A stretch of DNA of 63,820 nt, filler included. It is 6 parts of 6 records of this genome, joined end to end, with 100 filler letters (N's around TTAATTAATTAA, not from the genome) between each part and the next. Parts side by side here need not be neighbours in the genome. Positions count along the whole stretch, not along the records: positions 1 to 7,919 come from SRR20825019_2736; positions 8,020 to 16,953 come from SRR20825019_2738; 4 more parts are not named here. One strand, written 5' to 3'. Below, in pieces: positions 1 to 10,745 of the stretch. The notes beneath the pieces were generated by a model. That model saw only the letters and a list, made by a program, of their open reading frames with translations, was not told the DNA's origin and made no database searches. The position numbers and the translations under genes were made by a program. Each line of letters begins with the position of its first letter. Within the stretch, counting starts at the first letter, position 1.

Positions 1-402
1 GTCGGCTCCTGCGCCCAGATCGGCAAGAATGTGCACCTGTCCGGCGGCGTCGGCATTGGCGGCGTGCTGGAGCCGATGCAGGCCGGCCCCACCATCATCG
101 AGGACAACTGCTTCATCGGCGCGCGCTCCGAAGTGGTCGAGGGTTGCATCGTGCGCGAAGGCTCCGTGCTTGGCATGGGCGTCTATATCGGCCAGTCGAC
201 CAAGATCGTCGATCGCGCCACCGGGGAGATCACCTATGGTGAAGTGCCGCCCTATTCCGTGGTCGTCGCCGGCACGCTGCCGGCAGCAAAGCCGATGGGC
301 AACGGCGCGCCGGGTCCCGGTCTCTACTGCGCGGTGATCGTCAAGCGCGTCGACGAAAAGACCCGCTCCAAGACCGGCATCAACGAACTTCTCCGCGACT
401 GA
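1..402 (+). CDS. dapD: Tetrahydrodipicolinate N-succinyltransferase, 5'-partial
   Basis: Frame open from base 1: [25 protein letters not shown]...[25 protein letters not shown], the typical DapD C-terminus; directly upstream of dapE. Confidence 0.97.
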   Translation, partial: VGSCAQIGKNVHLSGGVGIGGVLEPMQAGPTIIEDNCFIGARSEVVEGCIVREGSVLGMGVYIGQSTKIVDRATGEITYGEVPPYSVVVAGTLPAAKPMGNGAPGPGLYCAVIVKRVDEKTRSKTGINELLRD

Positions 403-437
403 CCGCTGGCAATCGCCGCGAAACTATCCAGATAGAG

Positions 438-1625
438 ATGATGAGCGCCACCGATCCCGTCGAAAACCTGAAGGCCCTGATCCGCTGCCCCTCCGTAACC
501 CCGGATGAAGGCGGCGCCCTGACGGCGCTTGAGGCGATGCTTACCCCACTCGGCTTTGCCGTCGAGCGGATGACGGCAAGCGAGGACGGCACGCCCGACG
601 TCGAAAATCTCTATGCCCGGCTCGGCACGGATGGCCCGCATGTGATGTTTGCCGGCCACACCGATGTGGTGCCGCCCGGCGACGCCGCCTCCTGGCGCCA
701 TCCGCCGTTTGCTGCCGAGATCGCGGACGGCCTGCTCTATGGCCGCGGCGCCGTCGACATGAAGGGCGGCATTGCCTGTTTCGTGGCGGCGCTGGCCCGC
801 TTTGTCGGCGAGAATGGCCGGCCCCGGGGCTCGATCTCGCTGCTGATCACCGGCGATGAGGAAGGCCCGGGCCTCAACGGCACGGACAAGCTGCTCAAAT
901 GGGCGCAGGCGCGCGGCGAGCATTGGGACGCAGCGCTTGTGGGCGAACCGACCAATCCGGACGCGCTCGGCGACATGATCAAGGTTGGCCGTAGGGGCTC
1001 GCTGAGCGGCCGGCTGACGGTGACCGGCGTCCAGGGCCATGTCGCCTACCCGCATCTTGCCGACAATCCGCTGAGGACGATGGCCGCAATGCTCGACGCG
1101 CTGATGGGCGCGCCGCTGGATGACGGCACGGACCTGTTCCCGCCCACCAATCTGGAAGTGACTTCGGTCGATACCGGCAATGCCGCGACCAATGTGATCC
1201 CGGAAAAGACCACCGCCGCCTTCAACATCCGTTTCAACGACCTCTGGAACGAGGAGACGCTGAAGGCGGAAATCCTCGACCGGCTTGGCCGCGCGGCCCG
1301 TGCCGGCGGAAAGGATACCACCCGTTTCGCGGTCGAATGGCCCGGCCGCGTCAGCCCGGTGTTTCTGACGCGCGACCCGCAGCTTGCCGGCAGCCTTTCC
1401 GATGCGATCGAGGCGGTAGCAGGCAAAAGGCCGCAGCTCTCCACCACCGGCGGCACCTCGGATGCGCGCTTCATCAAGGATTACTGCCCCGTTGTCGAGT
1501 TCGGCCTCGTCGGCCAGACCATGCACAAGGTGGATGAGCATGTGGCGGTCGACGATCTCGAGATGCTCACCGAAATCTACAGGCATTTCATCGGGAGGTG
1601 GTTCGCGCTTGCCGCTGCTTGCTGA
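438..1625 (+). CDS. dapE: Succinyl-diaminopimelate desuccinylase
   Basis: M20 peptidase motifs FAGHTDVVP, GRGAVDMKG, GDEE, GEPT, GVQGHVAYPH, GGTSDARF, TMHKVDE. Confidence 0.97.
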   Translation: MMSATDPVENLKALIRCPSVTPDEGGALTALEAMLTPLGFAVERMTASEDGTPDVENLYARLGTDGPHVMFAGHTDVVPPGDAASWRHPPFAAEIADGLLYGRGAVDMKGGIACFVAALARFVGENGRPRGSISLLITGDEEGPGLNGTDKLLKWAQARGEHWDAALVGEPTNPDALGDMIKVGRRGSLSGRLTVTGVQGHVAYPHLADNPLRTMAAMLDALMGAPLDDGTDLFPPTNLEVTSVDTGNAATNVIPEKTTAAFNIRFNDLWNEETLKAEILDRLGRAARAGGKDTTRFAVEWPGRVSPVFLTRDPQLAGSLSDAIEAVAGKRPQLSTTGGTSDARFIKDYCPVVEFGLVGQTMHKVDEHVAVDDLEMLTEIYRHFIGRWFALAAAC

Positions 1626-2193
1626 AGTCCTTTTCTACATGCGCGGACTTTGGCTGCTGTTCAGGGCCGATCCGGCTCATGCACGATATCTCGATTTCAC
1701 CGATCGGGGTGTGGCGCGCTCGTTCTGGGCGCTCGCTTATTCCTTCCCGCTGATGATGGCAAGCGAGTTGGTGAGCCTCACCCGCCTGGTGCAACCCGCA
1801 GTCGAACTCACCCTCGCCACCCTTGTGCGCACCGCCCTGATCCAGGGCCTGAGCTGGATGGCGCCGCTGGTGGTGCTCGGCGTCGTCTGCATGGTCTCCG
1901 GCCTGCCGCGCGCCTTCCTCAAGATCATCGTCGCCACCAACTGGCTGAGCCTGCCGGTCAACATGTTCGCGGCGCTGGCGATCTTCCTGATCGCGACCGG
2001 GCTGCAGCCGCTTGCAAGCGTCGTGCTGCTGGTATTCCAGACCGTGCTGCTCGGCGCGTTCCTGTTCGAAATCCGGATTGTCTACATGCTGATGAACGAG
2101 AAGGTGCTGGCGACGGCTGCAGCGATCATCGCTTCGGCGATCACCGCGCTGCTCGTCACCGATATCGGCACGCGCTATATCATCAGCGGTTGA
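1609..2193 (+). CDS. Integral membrane hypothetical protein
   Basis: About 5 hydrophobic segments; TTG start at 1609 with GGAGG upstream, overlapping the dapE end; start is inferred. Confidence 0.75.
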   Translation: MPLLAEVLFYMRGLWLLFRADPAHARYLDFTDRGVARSFWALAYSFPLMMASELVSLTRLVQPAVELTLATLVRTALIQGLSWMAPLVVLGVVCMVSGLPRAFLKIIVATNWLSLPVNMFAALAIFLIATGLQPLASVVLLVFQTVLLGAFLFEIRIVYMLMNEKVLATAAAIIASAITALLVTDIGTRYIISG

Positions 2194-2256
2194 AACCGGT
2201 CTTGCTTGACAGCGACTGCTGCTGCCGTAAAGTTTGCGCATATCGGGGGACTTGCA

Positions 2257-2721
2257 ATGTTCAAACACGCACTACCTCTGGCTGTCCTGGCGGGCCTTGT
2301 CGCCTGCCAGATGGGACCGGTTTCCGTTCTTTACAAAGAGGGCTCGACCCGCACCGAGCGGCAGGAGGCCTATGACCAGTGCTTCATTGCCGCGCTGAAG
2401 GATGTGCCCCAGAACATGGTGACGGAGGTCACCGGCGGCTACAGCTATCCGGGCTATGTCAGTTGCAACAGCAATGGCGACACCACCGTGTGCGGCGAGG
2501 TTGGCGGCTACACCACGCCGGTGGAGAGCTACAGCTACGACACCAATGAGAAGTTGCGCGAGCGCCTGATCAACCGCTGCCTTTCGGACAAGGGCTTTTC
2601 CGGCGTGGAAATACCCTATTGCCAGACCAAGGAAGAACGCGCCGCCTATCGGCTGCAGACCACGCAACCACCGCTCAGCGAACTCACCTGCGTCACCGGA
2701 CCGACCTTTTCGTCGCAGTGA
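2257..2721 (+). CDS. Cys-rich lipoprotein of unknown function
   Basis: MFKHALPLAVLAGLVAC lipobox, GGGGGA RBS, six further Cys. Confidence 0.75.
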   Translation: MFKHALPLAVLAGLVACQMGPVSVLYKEGSTRTERQEAYDQCFIAALKDVPQNMVTEVTGGYSYPGYVSCNSNGDTTVCGEVGGYTTPVESYSYDTNEKLRERLINRCLSDKGFSGVEIPYCQTKEERAAYRLQTTQPPLSELTCVTGPTFSSQ

Positions 2722-2749
2722 CGGCCGCAGCGTTTGGCAGAAACGGCGA

Positions 2750-3466
2750 TCAAGTTCCGACCTGGCGCACGAGCCGCTCGGCCGCCTCGACCCGCTCGGA
2801 ATAGCGCTCCGTCAGATATGCGCTTTGCCCGCGCAGCAGCAGGGTGAACTTGACCAGTTCCTCCATGACATCGACCACGCGGCGATAATAGGATGACGCA
2901 TGCATTCGCCCGCTCTCGTCGAATTCGCCGTATGCCCTGGCGACGGAAGATTGGTTGGGGATGGTGAACATCCGCATCCAACGGCCGAGAATACGCATCT
3001 GATTGACGGTATTGAAGCTCTGGGACCCGCCGCAAACCTGCATCAGCGCCAGTGTCCGTCCCTGTGTCGGTCGCACGCCCCCTGTAGACAATGGCAGCCA
3101 GTCGATCTGGGTTTTGAGGACCGAACTCATCGCGCCGTGCCGTTCGGGCGAGCACCAGACATGGGCTTCGGACCAGATCGAAGCGGACCGCAACTCCTGC
3201 ACCTTCGCATGGTTTTCATCCGTGCTGCCGACCAGCGGAAGGCCATGCGGATCGAAAATCCGGACCTCGGCGCCGAAAGCCTCAAGCAAACGCGCCGCCT
3301 CCTCGGTCAAAAGCCGCGAATAGGAGCGTTCGCGCAGTGATCCGTACAACATCAACACCCTCGGCGGATGCGTGATCCGGTTGCCGGAAAACAGGCGTTC
3401 CGGATCGACAGGGCGAAACGCCGTCACATCAAGCGCGGGCATCGCCTCGGCGTCCGGCGGGCTCAT
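2750..3466 (-). CDS. arsH: Arsenical resistance NADPH-dependent FMN reductase ArsH
   Basis: [42 protein letters not shown] motifs; ATGA overlap with arsC. Confidence 0.95.
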   Translation of the reverse strand: MSPPDAEAMPALDVTAFRPVDPERLFSGNRITHPPRVLMLYGSLRERSYSRLLTEEAARLLEAFGAEVRIFDPHGLPLVGSTDENHAKVQELRSASIWSEAHVWCSPERHGAMSSVLKTQIDWLPLSTGGVRPTQGRTLALMQVCGGSQSFNTVNQMRILGRWMRMFTIPNQSSVARAYGEFDESGRMHASSYYRRVVDVMEELVKFTLLLRGQSAYLTERYSERVEAAERLVRQVGT

Positions 3467-3876
3467 TCTTCGCCCCGTGGCGCAACCACCTCGCCATCTT
3501 CCTTGGTGAAGGCGTCGATTGACGGGTTGGGCAGGATTTCCAGCACAACCTCCGATGGGCGGCACAGTTTCGCGCCCTTCTCCGTCACCACGATCGGACG
3601 ATTGATCAGGATCGGATGCGCCATCATGGCATCGAGCAGCGCGGCGTCGGAAAGCGCCGAATCATCCAGGCCGAGCTCGTCATAGGGCGTGCCCTTGCGA
3701 CGCAGCAGATCGCGCACCGAAATCCCCATCGCCGCGATCAGCTCCTGAAGCTTTTCCCGCGTCGGCGGCGTCTTCAGATATTCGATGATCTCAGGCGTCT
3801 CGCCGGACTGTCTGATCATCGCCAGAACATTGCGGGAGGTCCCGCAAGCCGGGTTGTGGTAAATGGTGACCGGCAT
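3463..3876 (-). CDS. arsC: Arsenate reductase (glutaredoxin-dependent)
   Basis: [29 protein letters not shown] motifs. Confidence 0.96.
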   Translation of the reverse strand: MPVTIYHNPACGTSRNVLAMIRQSGETPEIIEYLKTPPTREKLQELIAAMGISVRDLLRRKGTPYDELGLDDSALSDAALLDAMMAHPILINRPIVVTEKGAKLCRPSEVVLEILPNPSIDAFTKEDGEVVAPRGEE

Positions 3877-3885
3877 TGAAGCCTC

Positions 3886-3913
3886 CTATATATCCATAAT
3901 GCTGGAAATATAG
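3886..3913. promoter_or_regulatory. Imperfect palindrome upstream of arsC, putative ArsR-family operator
   Basis: CTATATATCCA-TAATGC-TGGAAATATAG (11-bp arms, 1 mismatch) next to the arsC RBS. Confidence 0.55.
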
Positions 3914-3948
3914 ATATAATGGATCGTCGCCGGGTTCAAGCCGCCTTC

Positions 3949-4701
3949 TCAATCACCCGGATATTCCACCCTCATGAAATAGAGCCCCTCCGGCGGGGCG
4001 ACCGGTCCGCAGGCCTTGCGATCGCGCGCCTCCAGCGCCTGGCGCACATCCTCCGCCGACATCTTGCCTTCTCCGGCAAGCTTCAGCGTTCCGGCAAACG
4101 AGCGGATCTGGTTGTGCAGGAAGCTCTGGGCGGTGGCGCGGATCTCGATGATCTCCCCCGCCCGCGTCACGTCGAGCCCGTCGAGCGTGCGCACCGGCGA
4201 TTTTGCCTGGCAGTGAACCGAGCGGAAGGTGGTGAAGTCATGCCTGCCGACGAGCACCTGGGCTGCCGCGTGCATCGCTTCGTGATCGAGCGGCTTCGGC
4301 ACCCACCAGCCGCGCTTCCATTCGAGCGCCGGGTGGGCGCGGCGGTTGATGATGCGGTAGAGATAATGCCGCCGAAGCGCGGAAAACCGGGCGTCGAACT
4401 CCGGATCGGCCTCAACCACATCGACCACCGAAATACTGTCGCGGGCAAGCCTGAGATGCGCATTGACCGCATTCAGAAGCGTGAACGGGCTCCAGGGCTT
4501 TGCCAGATCGACATGCACCACCTGGCCGCGGGCATGAACGCCGGAATCGGTGCGCCCCGCGCCGCGGATGGAAACGGTCTCGCCGGAAAACCCTTCAATG
4601 GCCTCCTCCAGCGCGCTCTGGACCGAGCGCCCCTCGGCCTGACGCTGCCAGCCGACAAAGGCAGTGCCGTCATATTCGACCTTCAGGCGATAACGCGGCA
4701 T
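3949..4701 (-). CDS. truA: tRNA pseudouridine(38-40) synthase
   Basis: [37 protein letters not shown]. Confidence 0.97.
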   Translation of the reverse strand: MPRYRLKVEYDGTAFVGWQRQAEGRSVQSALEEAIEGFSGETVSIRGAGRTDSGVHARGQVVHVDLAKPWSPFTLLNAVNAHLRLARDSISVVDVVEADPEFDARFSALRRHYLYRIINRRAHPALEWKRGWWVPKPLDHEAMHAAAQVLVGRHDFTTFRSVHCQAKSPVRTLDGLDVTRAGEIIEIRATAQSFLHNQIRSFAGTLKLAGEGKMSAEDVRQALEARDRKACGPVAPPEGLYFMRVEYPGD

Positions 4702-5639
4702 CAGTCGAGCACCGTTCCGGGCGCAAGCGGCGTGCCGCGCAGGAATTCTTCGGCCGAAAGCGGCCTGCCGCCGGCCTTCTGCAACCGGAGAAGCCGCACA
4801 GCGCCCTCCCCGCAGGCGATTGTGAGGTCAGGCCCCTCAAGCACCGTTCCGGGCGCGCCCTCACCTTCGCCGAGCGCGCTTTCATGCACCTTGACCCGTT
4901 CCCGCCGCCGGCCCGCCGGCACTTCCATCCAGGCACCGGGGAAGGGTGCAAGCCCGCGGATATGATTGTGGACCTCGCTTGCGGCGCGCGTAAAATCGAT
5001 CCGGGTCTCCCCCTTGTCGATCTTCTTCGCATAAGTGACGCCGTCTTCGTCCTGTGGCGTCAGCGCAAGGTCGCCGGCCTCGAGCTTCGCCATCGCCTCC
5101 GCCATCAGCCGCGCGCCGTCATGCATCAGCCGGTCGTGAAGCGCGCCCGCGGTCATGTCGGGACCGATCGCGACCCGTTTGGTCAGTGCCACCGGCCCGG
5201 TATCGAGCCCCTTTTCCATCCGCATGATCATCATGCCGGTCTCGCGATCGCCGGCCATGATCGCGCGCTGGATCGGCGCCGCGCCGCGCCAGCGCGGCAA
5301 AAGCGAGGCGTGACCGTTGTAAGCACCGAGCCGCGTGCCGGTCAGGATCGCTTCCGGCAGCAGCAGGCCATAGGCGACGACGACCGCAACATCGGCATCG
5401 AGCGCGGCGAATGCGGCGCGCTCCCCGGCATCGCGGAAATTTTCCGGCGTGCGAACCGCCATTCCAAGCAGCTCGGCAGCCTGATGCACCGGCGATTTGA
5501 CCTCCGAAAGCCCCCGCCGGCCCGCCGCCCGCGGCGGCTGGGTATAGACACAGGCGATCTCGTGGCCCGCGTCCTTCAGCGCCCTGAGGGTCGGAACGGA
5601 AAATTCCGGCGTGCCCATAAAGATCATTCTGAGGGTCAT
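4701..5639 (-). CDS. fmt: Methionyl-tRNA formyltransferase
   Basis: [38 protein letters not shown]; start trimmed to the ATG after AAGGAG. Confidence 0.97.
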   Translation of the reverse strand: MTLRMIFMGTPEFSVPTLRALKDAGHEIACVYTQPPRAAGRRGLSEVKSPVHQAAELLGMAVRTPENFRDAGERAAFAALDADVAVVVAYGLLLPEAILTGTRLGAYNGHASLLPRWRGAAPIQRAIMAGDRETGMMIMRMEKGLDTGPVALTKRVAIGPDMTAGALHDRLMHDGARLMAEAMAKLEAGDLALTPQDEDGVTYAKKIDKGETRIDFTRAASEVHNHIRGLAPFPGAWMEVPAGRRRERVKVHESALGEGEGAPGTVLEGPDLTIACGEGAVRLLRLQKAGGRPLSAEEFLRGTPLAPGTVLD

Positions 5640-5849
5640 CATCGCTCCTTCCGGCCCGGAGCACTTCGCAGCCAGATGAAGCCATCTGCGAAAATGCGTT
5701 AAAACGAATAGATAGAACGCGCATGCCTTTCCACAAAAGGCACATCCGGCCCGAAGCGCGCAAGTCAAAGAGCGAAACCGGGTCACCGCTGTCACGGCGC
5801 GCGGACAACACAAGGACACGAACCCGTGGGCCGGACAGGCGCAATTGCC

Positions 5850-6365
5850 CTAAAGCTTGTGCCTTGCGGTCTTCGTGAACTTCTTGATCACCCGTTCACG
5901 CTTCAGGCGCGAGAGATAATCGATGAAAAGCGCGCCATCGAGGTGGTCGATCTCGTGCTGCAGGCAGGTGGCAAGCAGCCCGTCCGCCTCGATTTCCTGT
6001 TCCGCGCCGGCAAGGTCGGTATAGCGCACCCGTACGCGCGCCGGACGCTCCACCTCGGCATAAAATTCCGGTATCGACAGGCAGCCCTCCTCGTAAACCG
6101 AGCGCTCATCCGAGGCCTGCAGCACTGTCGGGTTGATCACCACCATGGGCTGCTTCTCGCCCTCGTCCTTGTTTGCAACGTCCAGAACGAGCATGCGCCG
6201 AGGCACACCGACCTGGATCGCGGCAAGACCGATGCCGGGAGCCTCATACATGGTCTCCAGCATATCGTTCGCAAATTTCTTCAGGTCGTCGTCTACGCGC
6301 TCGACCGGTTTGGAGACCGTGCGCAGCAGAGGGTCCGGCAAGATAATCAATGGCATCGTGGTCAT
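5850..6365 (-). CDS. def: Peptide deformylase
   Basis: [22 protein letters not shown] motifs; start at MTTMPLI. Confidence 0.97.
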   Translation of the reverse strand: MTTMPLIILPDPLLRTVSKPVERVDDDLKKFANDMLETMYEAPGIGLAAIQVGVPRRMLVLDVANKDEGEKQPMVVINPTVLQASDERSVYEEGCLSIPEFYAEVERPARVRVRYTDLAGAEQEIEADGLLATCLQHEIDHLDGALFIDYLSRLKRERVIKKFTKTARHKL

Positions 6366-6458
6366 GTCCTCCCCATAGCGCATGTTCGCGCCGGGGGAAA
6401 TCATTTCGTACACTGTCGATAAAGCCTCCCGTTCTGTTTATCGATCACCATCCATTTT

Positions 6459-6473
6459 GTTCACGTTTTGATC
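6459..6473. promoter_or_regulatory. Putative alphaproteobacterial LexA box upstream of rmuC
   Basis: GTTC-acgtttt-GATC, one mismatch to GTTC-N7-GTTC. Confidence 0.45.
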
Positions 6474-6523
6474 TTTATTTCAAGCAAATTTATGCTAGGG
6501 TGAAAAAATTGAGGGGTGGCGTG

Positions 6524-7696
6524 ATGGATATGCTGAAAGCACAATTGGCGGCGATGAACCCGGTCATGCTGGGCATGGCGGTTGTGTTGTGCGTCCTGAT
6601 TGCGCTTGTCTTCATTCTGACGATCCGTCGCGGCGGAGGGCGGCAGGAAAGACTGCTGGAGCGCGAACTGCAGCAACTGGTGCAGGCCCAGAGCGAGATG
6701 CAGGGGCGCATGGCGACCATGGCGGAGCTGTTCGGCAGCCGCCAGTCCGAGCTGAATGCCGCGCTCGGATCGCGTCTTGACGGTCTTTCGCAGCGGATTG
6801 GCACCACGCTTCACCAGCAACACCAGACCACCCACGAAAACCTGCGCCGCCTGCAGGAACGGCTTGCCGTCATCGATGCGGCGCAGAACAATATCCAGTC
6901 GCTGGCGAAGGACGTGGTGGGCCTGCAGGCAATTCTCTCCAACAAGCAGACCCGCGGCGCTTTCGGCCAGGGACGGATGGAGGCGATCATCGCCGATGCG
7001 CTGCCGGCCGGCAGTTTCCGGTTCCAGGCAACGCTTTCGAACGGCACAAGGCCCGACTGCGTGATCGACATGCCGAACGGCGCGCCGCCGCTGATCGTTG
7101 ACGCCAAGTTTCCGCTCGAGGCCTGGAACACCATGCGCGATGCGGAAAGCGACCAGGCTTCCCGCAGCGCCGGCCAGCGTTTCCGCCGCGATCTCGAAAT
7201 CCATGTCCGCGATATCGCCGGCAAATACCTGCTGCCCGGCGAGACCCAGGACACGGCCTTCCTGTTTGTCCCCTCCGAATCGATTTTCGCCGATATTCAT
7301 GAGCACTATGAAGCGGTTGTCCAGCGCGCCCATGCGGCACGCGTGGTGATCGTCTCGCCGACGCTTCTGCTGCTGTCGATCCAGGTGGTGCAGGCGGTGA
7401 TGAAGGACCAGCGCATGCGCGAACAGGCGCATCTGATACAGGGCGAGGTTGCCCATCTTCTGGCCGACCTGACCCGCCTCAACGAACGCGTGGCAAAGCT
7501 CGAAAACCACTTCAACCAGGCCCGCCAGGATGTCGAGACGATTCGGATATCAACGGGCAAGATCGCCCGGAGGGGCGAGCGGATCGCCACGTTGGAATTC
7601 GAATCCGGCAGAAACGAAACGGAGCCACCTTCCGGCCCGGAAGGCGAGCAACAGGGGCTTGGCCGGATGAAACTGCGCGTCGTCGACGAGGACTGA
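6524..7696 (+). CDS. rmuC: DNA recombination protein RmuC
   Basis: N-terminal TM plus coiled coil, NKQTRGAFGQ, RPDC, VDAKFP, FVPSE, IVSPT. Confidence 0.93.
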   Translation: MDMLKAQLAAMNPVMLGMAVVLCVLIALVFILTIRRGGGRQERLLERELQQLVQAQSEMQGRMATMAELFGSRQSELNAALGSRLDGLSQRIGTTLHQQHQTTHENLRRLQERLAVIDAAQNNIQSLAKDVVGLQAILSNKQTRGAFGQGRMEAIIADALPAGSFRFQATLSNGTRPDCVIDMPNGAPPLIVDAKFPLEAWNTMRDAESDQASRSAGQRFRRDLEIHVRDIAGKYLLPGETQDTAFLFVPSESIFADIHEHYEAVVQRAHAARVVIVSPTLLLLSIQVVQAVMKDQRMREQAHLIQGEVAHLLADLTRLNERVAKLENHFNQARQDVETIRISTGKIARRGERIATLEFESGRNETEPPSGPEGEQQGLGRMKLRVVDED

Positions 7697-7874
7697 TTGC
7701 CATTGCCGCTCGCTGGCAATAAAAGCTGAGGAGAATGCACCGACAGCCGTTTCGCAATCGGTCGGCACGGTGCCATGTTACATGTGTGTCGGATCGGCCG
7801 TGGCGGGAAACCCGGACCGCGCGGTCCGGTGGAAGCCTTCACGTGAGCCACGTGGGGCCGATGGGAGAAATGCA

Positions 7875-7919
7875 ATGATCACGGTCTTCGGTTCCATCAA
7901 TATGGACCTCATCGCCACC
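7875..7919 (+). CDS. Ribokinase-family N-terminus, truncated by contig end
   Basis: MITVFGSINMDLIAT after a GGAGA RBS; PfkB/ribokinase N-terminal motif. Confidence 0.7.
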
Positions 7920-8019
7920 NNNNNNNNNNNNNNNNNNNNNNNNNNNNNNNNNNNNNNNNNNNNTTAATTAATTAANNNNNNNNNNNNNNNNNNNNNNNNN
8001 NNNNNNNNNNNNNNNNNNN
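7920..8019. other. Artificial contig spacer
   Basis: N-run, TTAATTAATTAA (stops in all six frames), N-run; 100 nt. Confidence 0.99.
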
Positions 8020-8021
8020 GC

Positions 8022-10466
8022 ATCGCGAATGCGTCGGATTCAGTGTCCGTGACGGTTCGTGCCCCCGGCAATACTCCTGCCACTGCAGATGCAGGGGCGA
8101 GCCAGACGGTTGGCTCCAGCAATCCGGTTACACTCGACGGCTCAGGATCCTCAGCCAATGATAGCGGGCAGACACTGACCTATTCCTGGACTCAGACCAG
8201 CGGCCCATCGGTGACCTTGACCGGGGCCAGCACAGCCACGCCGACGTTCACGGCCCCAACGCTGACGATCGGTGATGCCAACGCGGTTCTCGTTTTCGAG
8301 CTTTTGGTCGATGACGGTTTTTCATTGGACACTGATTACGTGACCATCACCGTGACCGCACCACCCAACACCCCCGCCACGGCCGATGCCGGTAGCGACC
8401 AGACAGTTGCTTCTGGCGCGTCTGTCTCACTGGACGGATCGGGTTCCTCCGCCAATGATGGCGGGCAGGCATTGACCTATTCCTGGACCCAGACCAGCGG
8501 TCAATCGGTGACGTTGACGGGGGCGACAACTGCATCACCATCCTTCCTGGCTCCGAACCTTGCCATTGGCGCTGCTGATGAAGTTCTGGTGTTTGATCTC
8601 ACTGTGAATGACGGTTTTTCGGGAGCAGTTGATTCGGTTACGATCACGGTTTCGGCACCCGGCAACACACCGCCGACCGCGAATGCCGGTTCTGACGAGA
8701 CAGTTGCTTCCGGGGCATCAGTTATACTGGATGGCACATCGTCTTCTGCGAATGACTTGGGGCAGCCGCTGACCTACAGCTGGGTACAGACCAGCGGCCC
8801 GTCGGTCGCGCTGACAGACGCGACGAGTGTTTCGCCATCCTTCACGGCCCCCGCCCTTTCCATTGGCGATGCGGACGAAGTTCTGGTCTTCGAACTTGAA
8901 GTTGACGATGGCTTCGCGACCGCGACAGACAGTGTGGGAATTACCGTTACTGCGCCGGGCAATACGCCTCCGACGGCTGATGCAGGCGCTGACCAGGCGG
9001 TTGTCTCGGCAGCGTCCGTCACACTGGACGGATCAGGGTCCTCATCCAATGATGCGGGACAACCTCTCAGCTATGCATGGACACAGACGGGTGGGCCCGC
9101 GGTAACGCTTACCGGCGCGGCCAGCGTCTCCCCCACATTCAACGCTCCAACGCTCGCTACCGGTGCCCCCGATGTCGTTCTGACCTTCGATCTGGAGGTG
9201 AATGACGGCTTTGCTTCGGCAACGGATCAGGTCGAGATAACCGTTGCTGCAAATGGCGATACAACGCGCCCCAGCGTTTCCGTGACCGGACCGGACACGC
9301 AAGTCGTGGCGGGCGAGAGTGTCGTCGTGGAAATCCTCTTCTCCGAGCCGGTTTTCGGGTTTTCCAGTGCAGACATCGCGGTGTTGAACGGGCACGTCCG
9401 TTCGCTGAGCGGAGCAGCCACCCTGTATCACGCAACCATAGTCGCTTCGGGACAAGGGGATCTGTCGGTGTCGGTGCCGTCGGGCGTTGCAAGCGATGCC
9501 GCCGGGAACACAAACCTGGCTTCGGGAACGGTTGTGGTTTCTAATGCCACTGTGCGGGAAACGCAGCAGCAGATGGCGCGTTTCATGCAGGCGCGCGCCA
9601 CACAACTGATCAGCGGTCAGCCGGACCTCATCGCGCTTTATCGCGGGAATGGCAGTGGCTCTCTTAGTGCTCAGGCGACATCCGAAGACGGAAACCTCAC
9701 CTTCGCCACGCGACCAACAGATCCTATTTGGGCTGAATTGTCGGCGTCCTGGTCGAAGAATTCAGGTACCACGAACCGGTATGTGCATCTGAGCACCGGG
9801 ACCCATTTCGAGCTGACGCCACATCTTGCGGCCGGCGCTATGGTTCAGGTCGATCATCTGGCGCATGAAAACGAGGATACTTCCATTTCCGGCACGGGCT
9901 GGCTGGCCGGTCCTTATCTGGTTGGCCGATTGCCCGGGCATCCGCTCTATTTCAGTGCGCAGGCATTGCTCGGCCAGAGCCGGAACAGTCACGCACCTTT
10001 CGGGACCTATACGGATACCGTCAGAACGCAGCGTGGACTCTTCCGCGTCACGGTGGCAGGCGACATATCGCTCGGTCTGATCACCTTGACACCCAGCCTT
10101 GACGCCGTTCATCTTTTTGACCGGCAGCGCTCCTATACGGACAGTCTGGGCAACGTCATTCCCGACCAGTCGATCACCATGAACTCGCTCGAATTGAGCC
10201 TTGACGCCTCGATGCCGATCGACGTTCCCTTCGGCGCGTTGACATTGCGGGGTGGCGTACCCCTCACATTTGCCAGCACATCGGGCAGCGGGGAAGCAGC
10301 ATCGGTAACCTCCGCAACGGATGGCGCACGACTGGGCTTCAGGATCGGCGTTGATTATCTGTTCGAGAATGGCGGGAAACTGGCGCTCGACTTCGACTAT
10401 GACGGTCTGGGCTCGGGAGACTACGAAAAATACGGTGCCGGTCTGAAGTACAGAATCGCCTTTTGA
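8022..10466 (+). CDS. Repetitive PKD/Ig-like adhesin with C-terminal autotransporter-like beta-barrel, 5'-partial
   Basis: Four 99-aa repeats (PxADAGxDQTV...LDGSGSS...LTYSWTQTSGP...LxVxDG), a bacterial Ig-like domain (FSEPVFGF...DAAGN), and a beta-strand-rich C-terminus ending YRIAF. Confidence 0.85.
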   Translation: MANASDSVSVTVRAPGNTPATADAGASQTVGSSNPVTLDGSGSSANDSGQTLTYSWTQTSGPSVTLTGASTATPTFTAPTLTIGDANAVLVFELLVDDGFSLDTDYVTITVTAPPNTPATADAGSDQTVASGASVSLDGSGSSANDGGQALTYSWTQTSGQSVTLTGATTASPSFLAPNLAIGAADEVLVFDLTVNDGFSGAVDSVTITVSAPGNTPPTANAGSDETVASGASVILDGTSSSANDLGQPLTYSWVQTSGPSVALTDATSVSPSFTAPALSIGDADEVLVFELEVDDGFATATDSVGITVTAPGNTPPTADAGADQAVVSAASVTLDGSGSSSNDAGQPLSYAWTQTGGPAVTLTGAASVSPTFNAPTLATGAPDVVLTFDLEVNDGFASATDQVEITVAANGDTTRPSVSVTGPDTQVVAGESVVVEILFSEPVFGFSSADIAVLNGHVRSLSGAATLYHATIVASGQGDLSVSVPSGVASDAAGNTNLASGTVVVSNATVRETQQQMARFMQARATQLISGQPDLIALYRGNGSGSLSAQATSEDGNLTFATRPTDPIWAELSASWSKNSGTTNRYVHLSTGTHFELTPHLAAGAMVQVDHLAHENEDTSISGTGWLAGPYLVGRLPGHPLYFSAQALLGQSRNSHAPFGTYTDTVRTQRGLFRVTVAGDISLGLITLTPSLDAVHLFDRQRSYTDSLGNVIPDQSITMNSLELSLDASMPIDVPFGALTLRGGVPLTFASTSGSGEAASVTSATDGARLGFRIGVDYLFENGGKLALDFDYDGLGSGDYEKYGAGLKYRIAF
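8061..9248 (+). repeat. Four tandem 297-bp coding repeats
   Basis: Units start at 8061, 8358, 8655 and 8952. Confidence 0.9.
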
Positions 10467-10614
10467 CGCTGGCTTGAAAGCTCGATCACTGCTTCATTCG
10501 CAATCGCGTGCACGGGCGGCAACAACGGGTGTCTGGGATATCTCGCCAGATGCCCGTTCTTCGCACCGGGTGCCATGTCCGGATCACTACCTACGCAGGG
10601 CTGAAGGGCACTCG

Positions 10615-10720
10615 CTAGAGCGTTTTGCAATCAGGTGGAAACACCTGACGTCAGCACAAATGCGGAAAAACTGATAGGTAGTGCCGAACAGCGTTTCCGT
10701 GAAACGGTGAACCGCTCTAA
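10615..10720. repeat. About 106-bp alphaproteobacterial intergenic MITE-like repeat (RIME/BRU-RS-like)
   Basis: Ends CTAGAGCG...CGCTCTAA with internal hairpins (TCAGGTG-gaaa-CACCTGA; CCGT-gaa-ACGG); lies between convergent genes. Confidence 0.6.
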
Positions 10721-10745
10721 TCGCCGGATCGGATTTATCGCCACC

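Noticed and set aside
324-7510. Long antisense or alternate-frame ORFs (e.g. 324-1586, 3919-4965, 4500-5702, 6461-7510)
   Set aside because: Shadow ORFs of GC-rich genes with no motifs; the same applies to 38286-39281 and 59019-59667
8061-9248. CRISPR-like periodicity
   Set aside because: 297-bp protein-coding repeats; no short identical repeats with unique spacers and no cas genes were seen anywhere in the window
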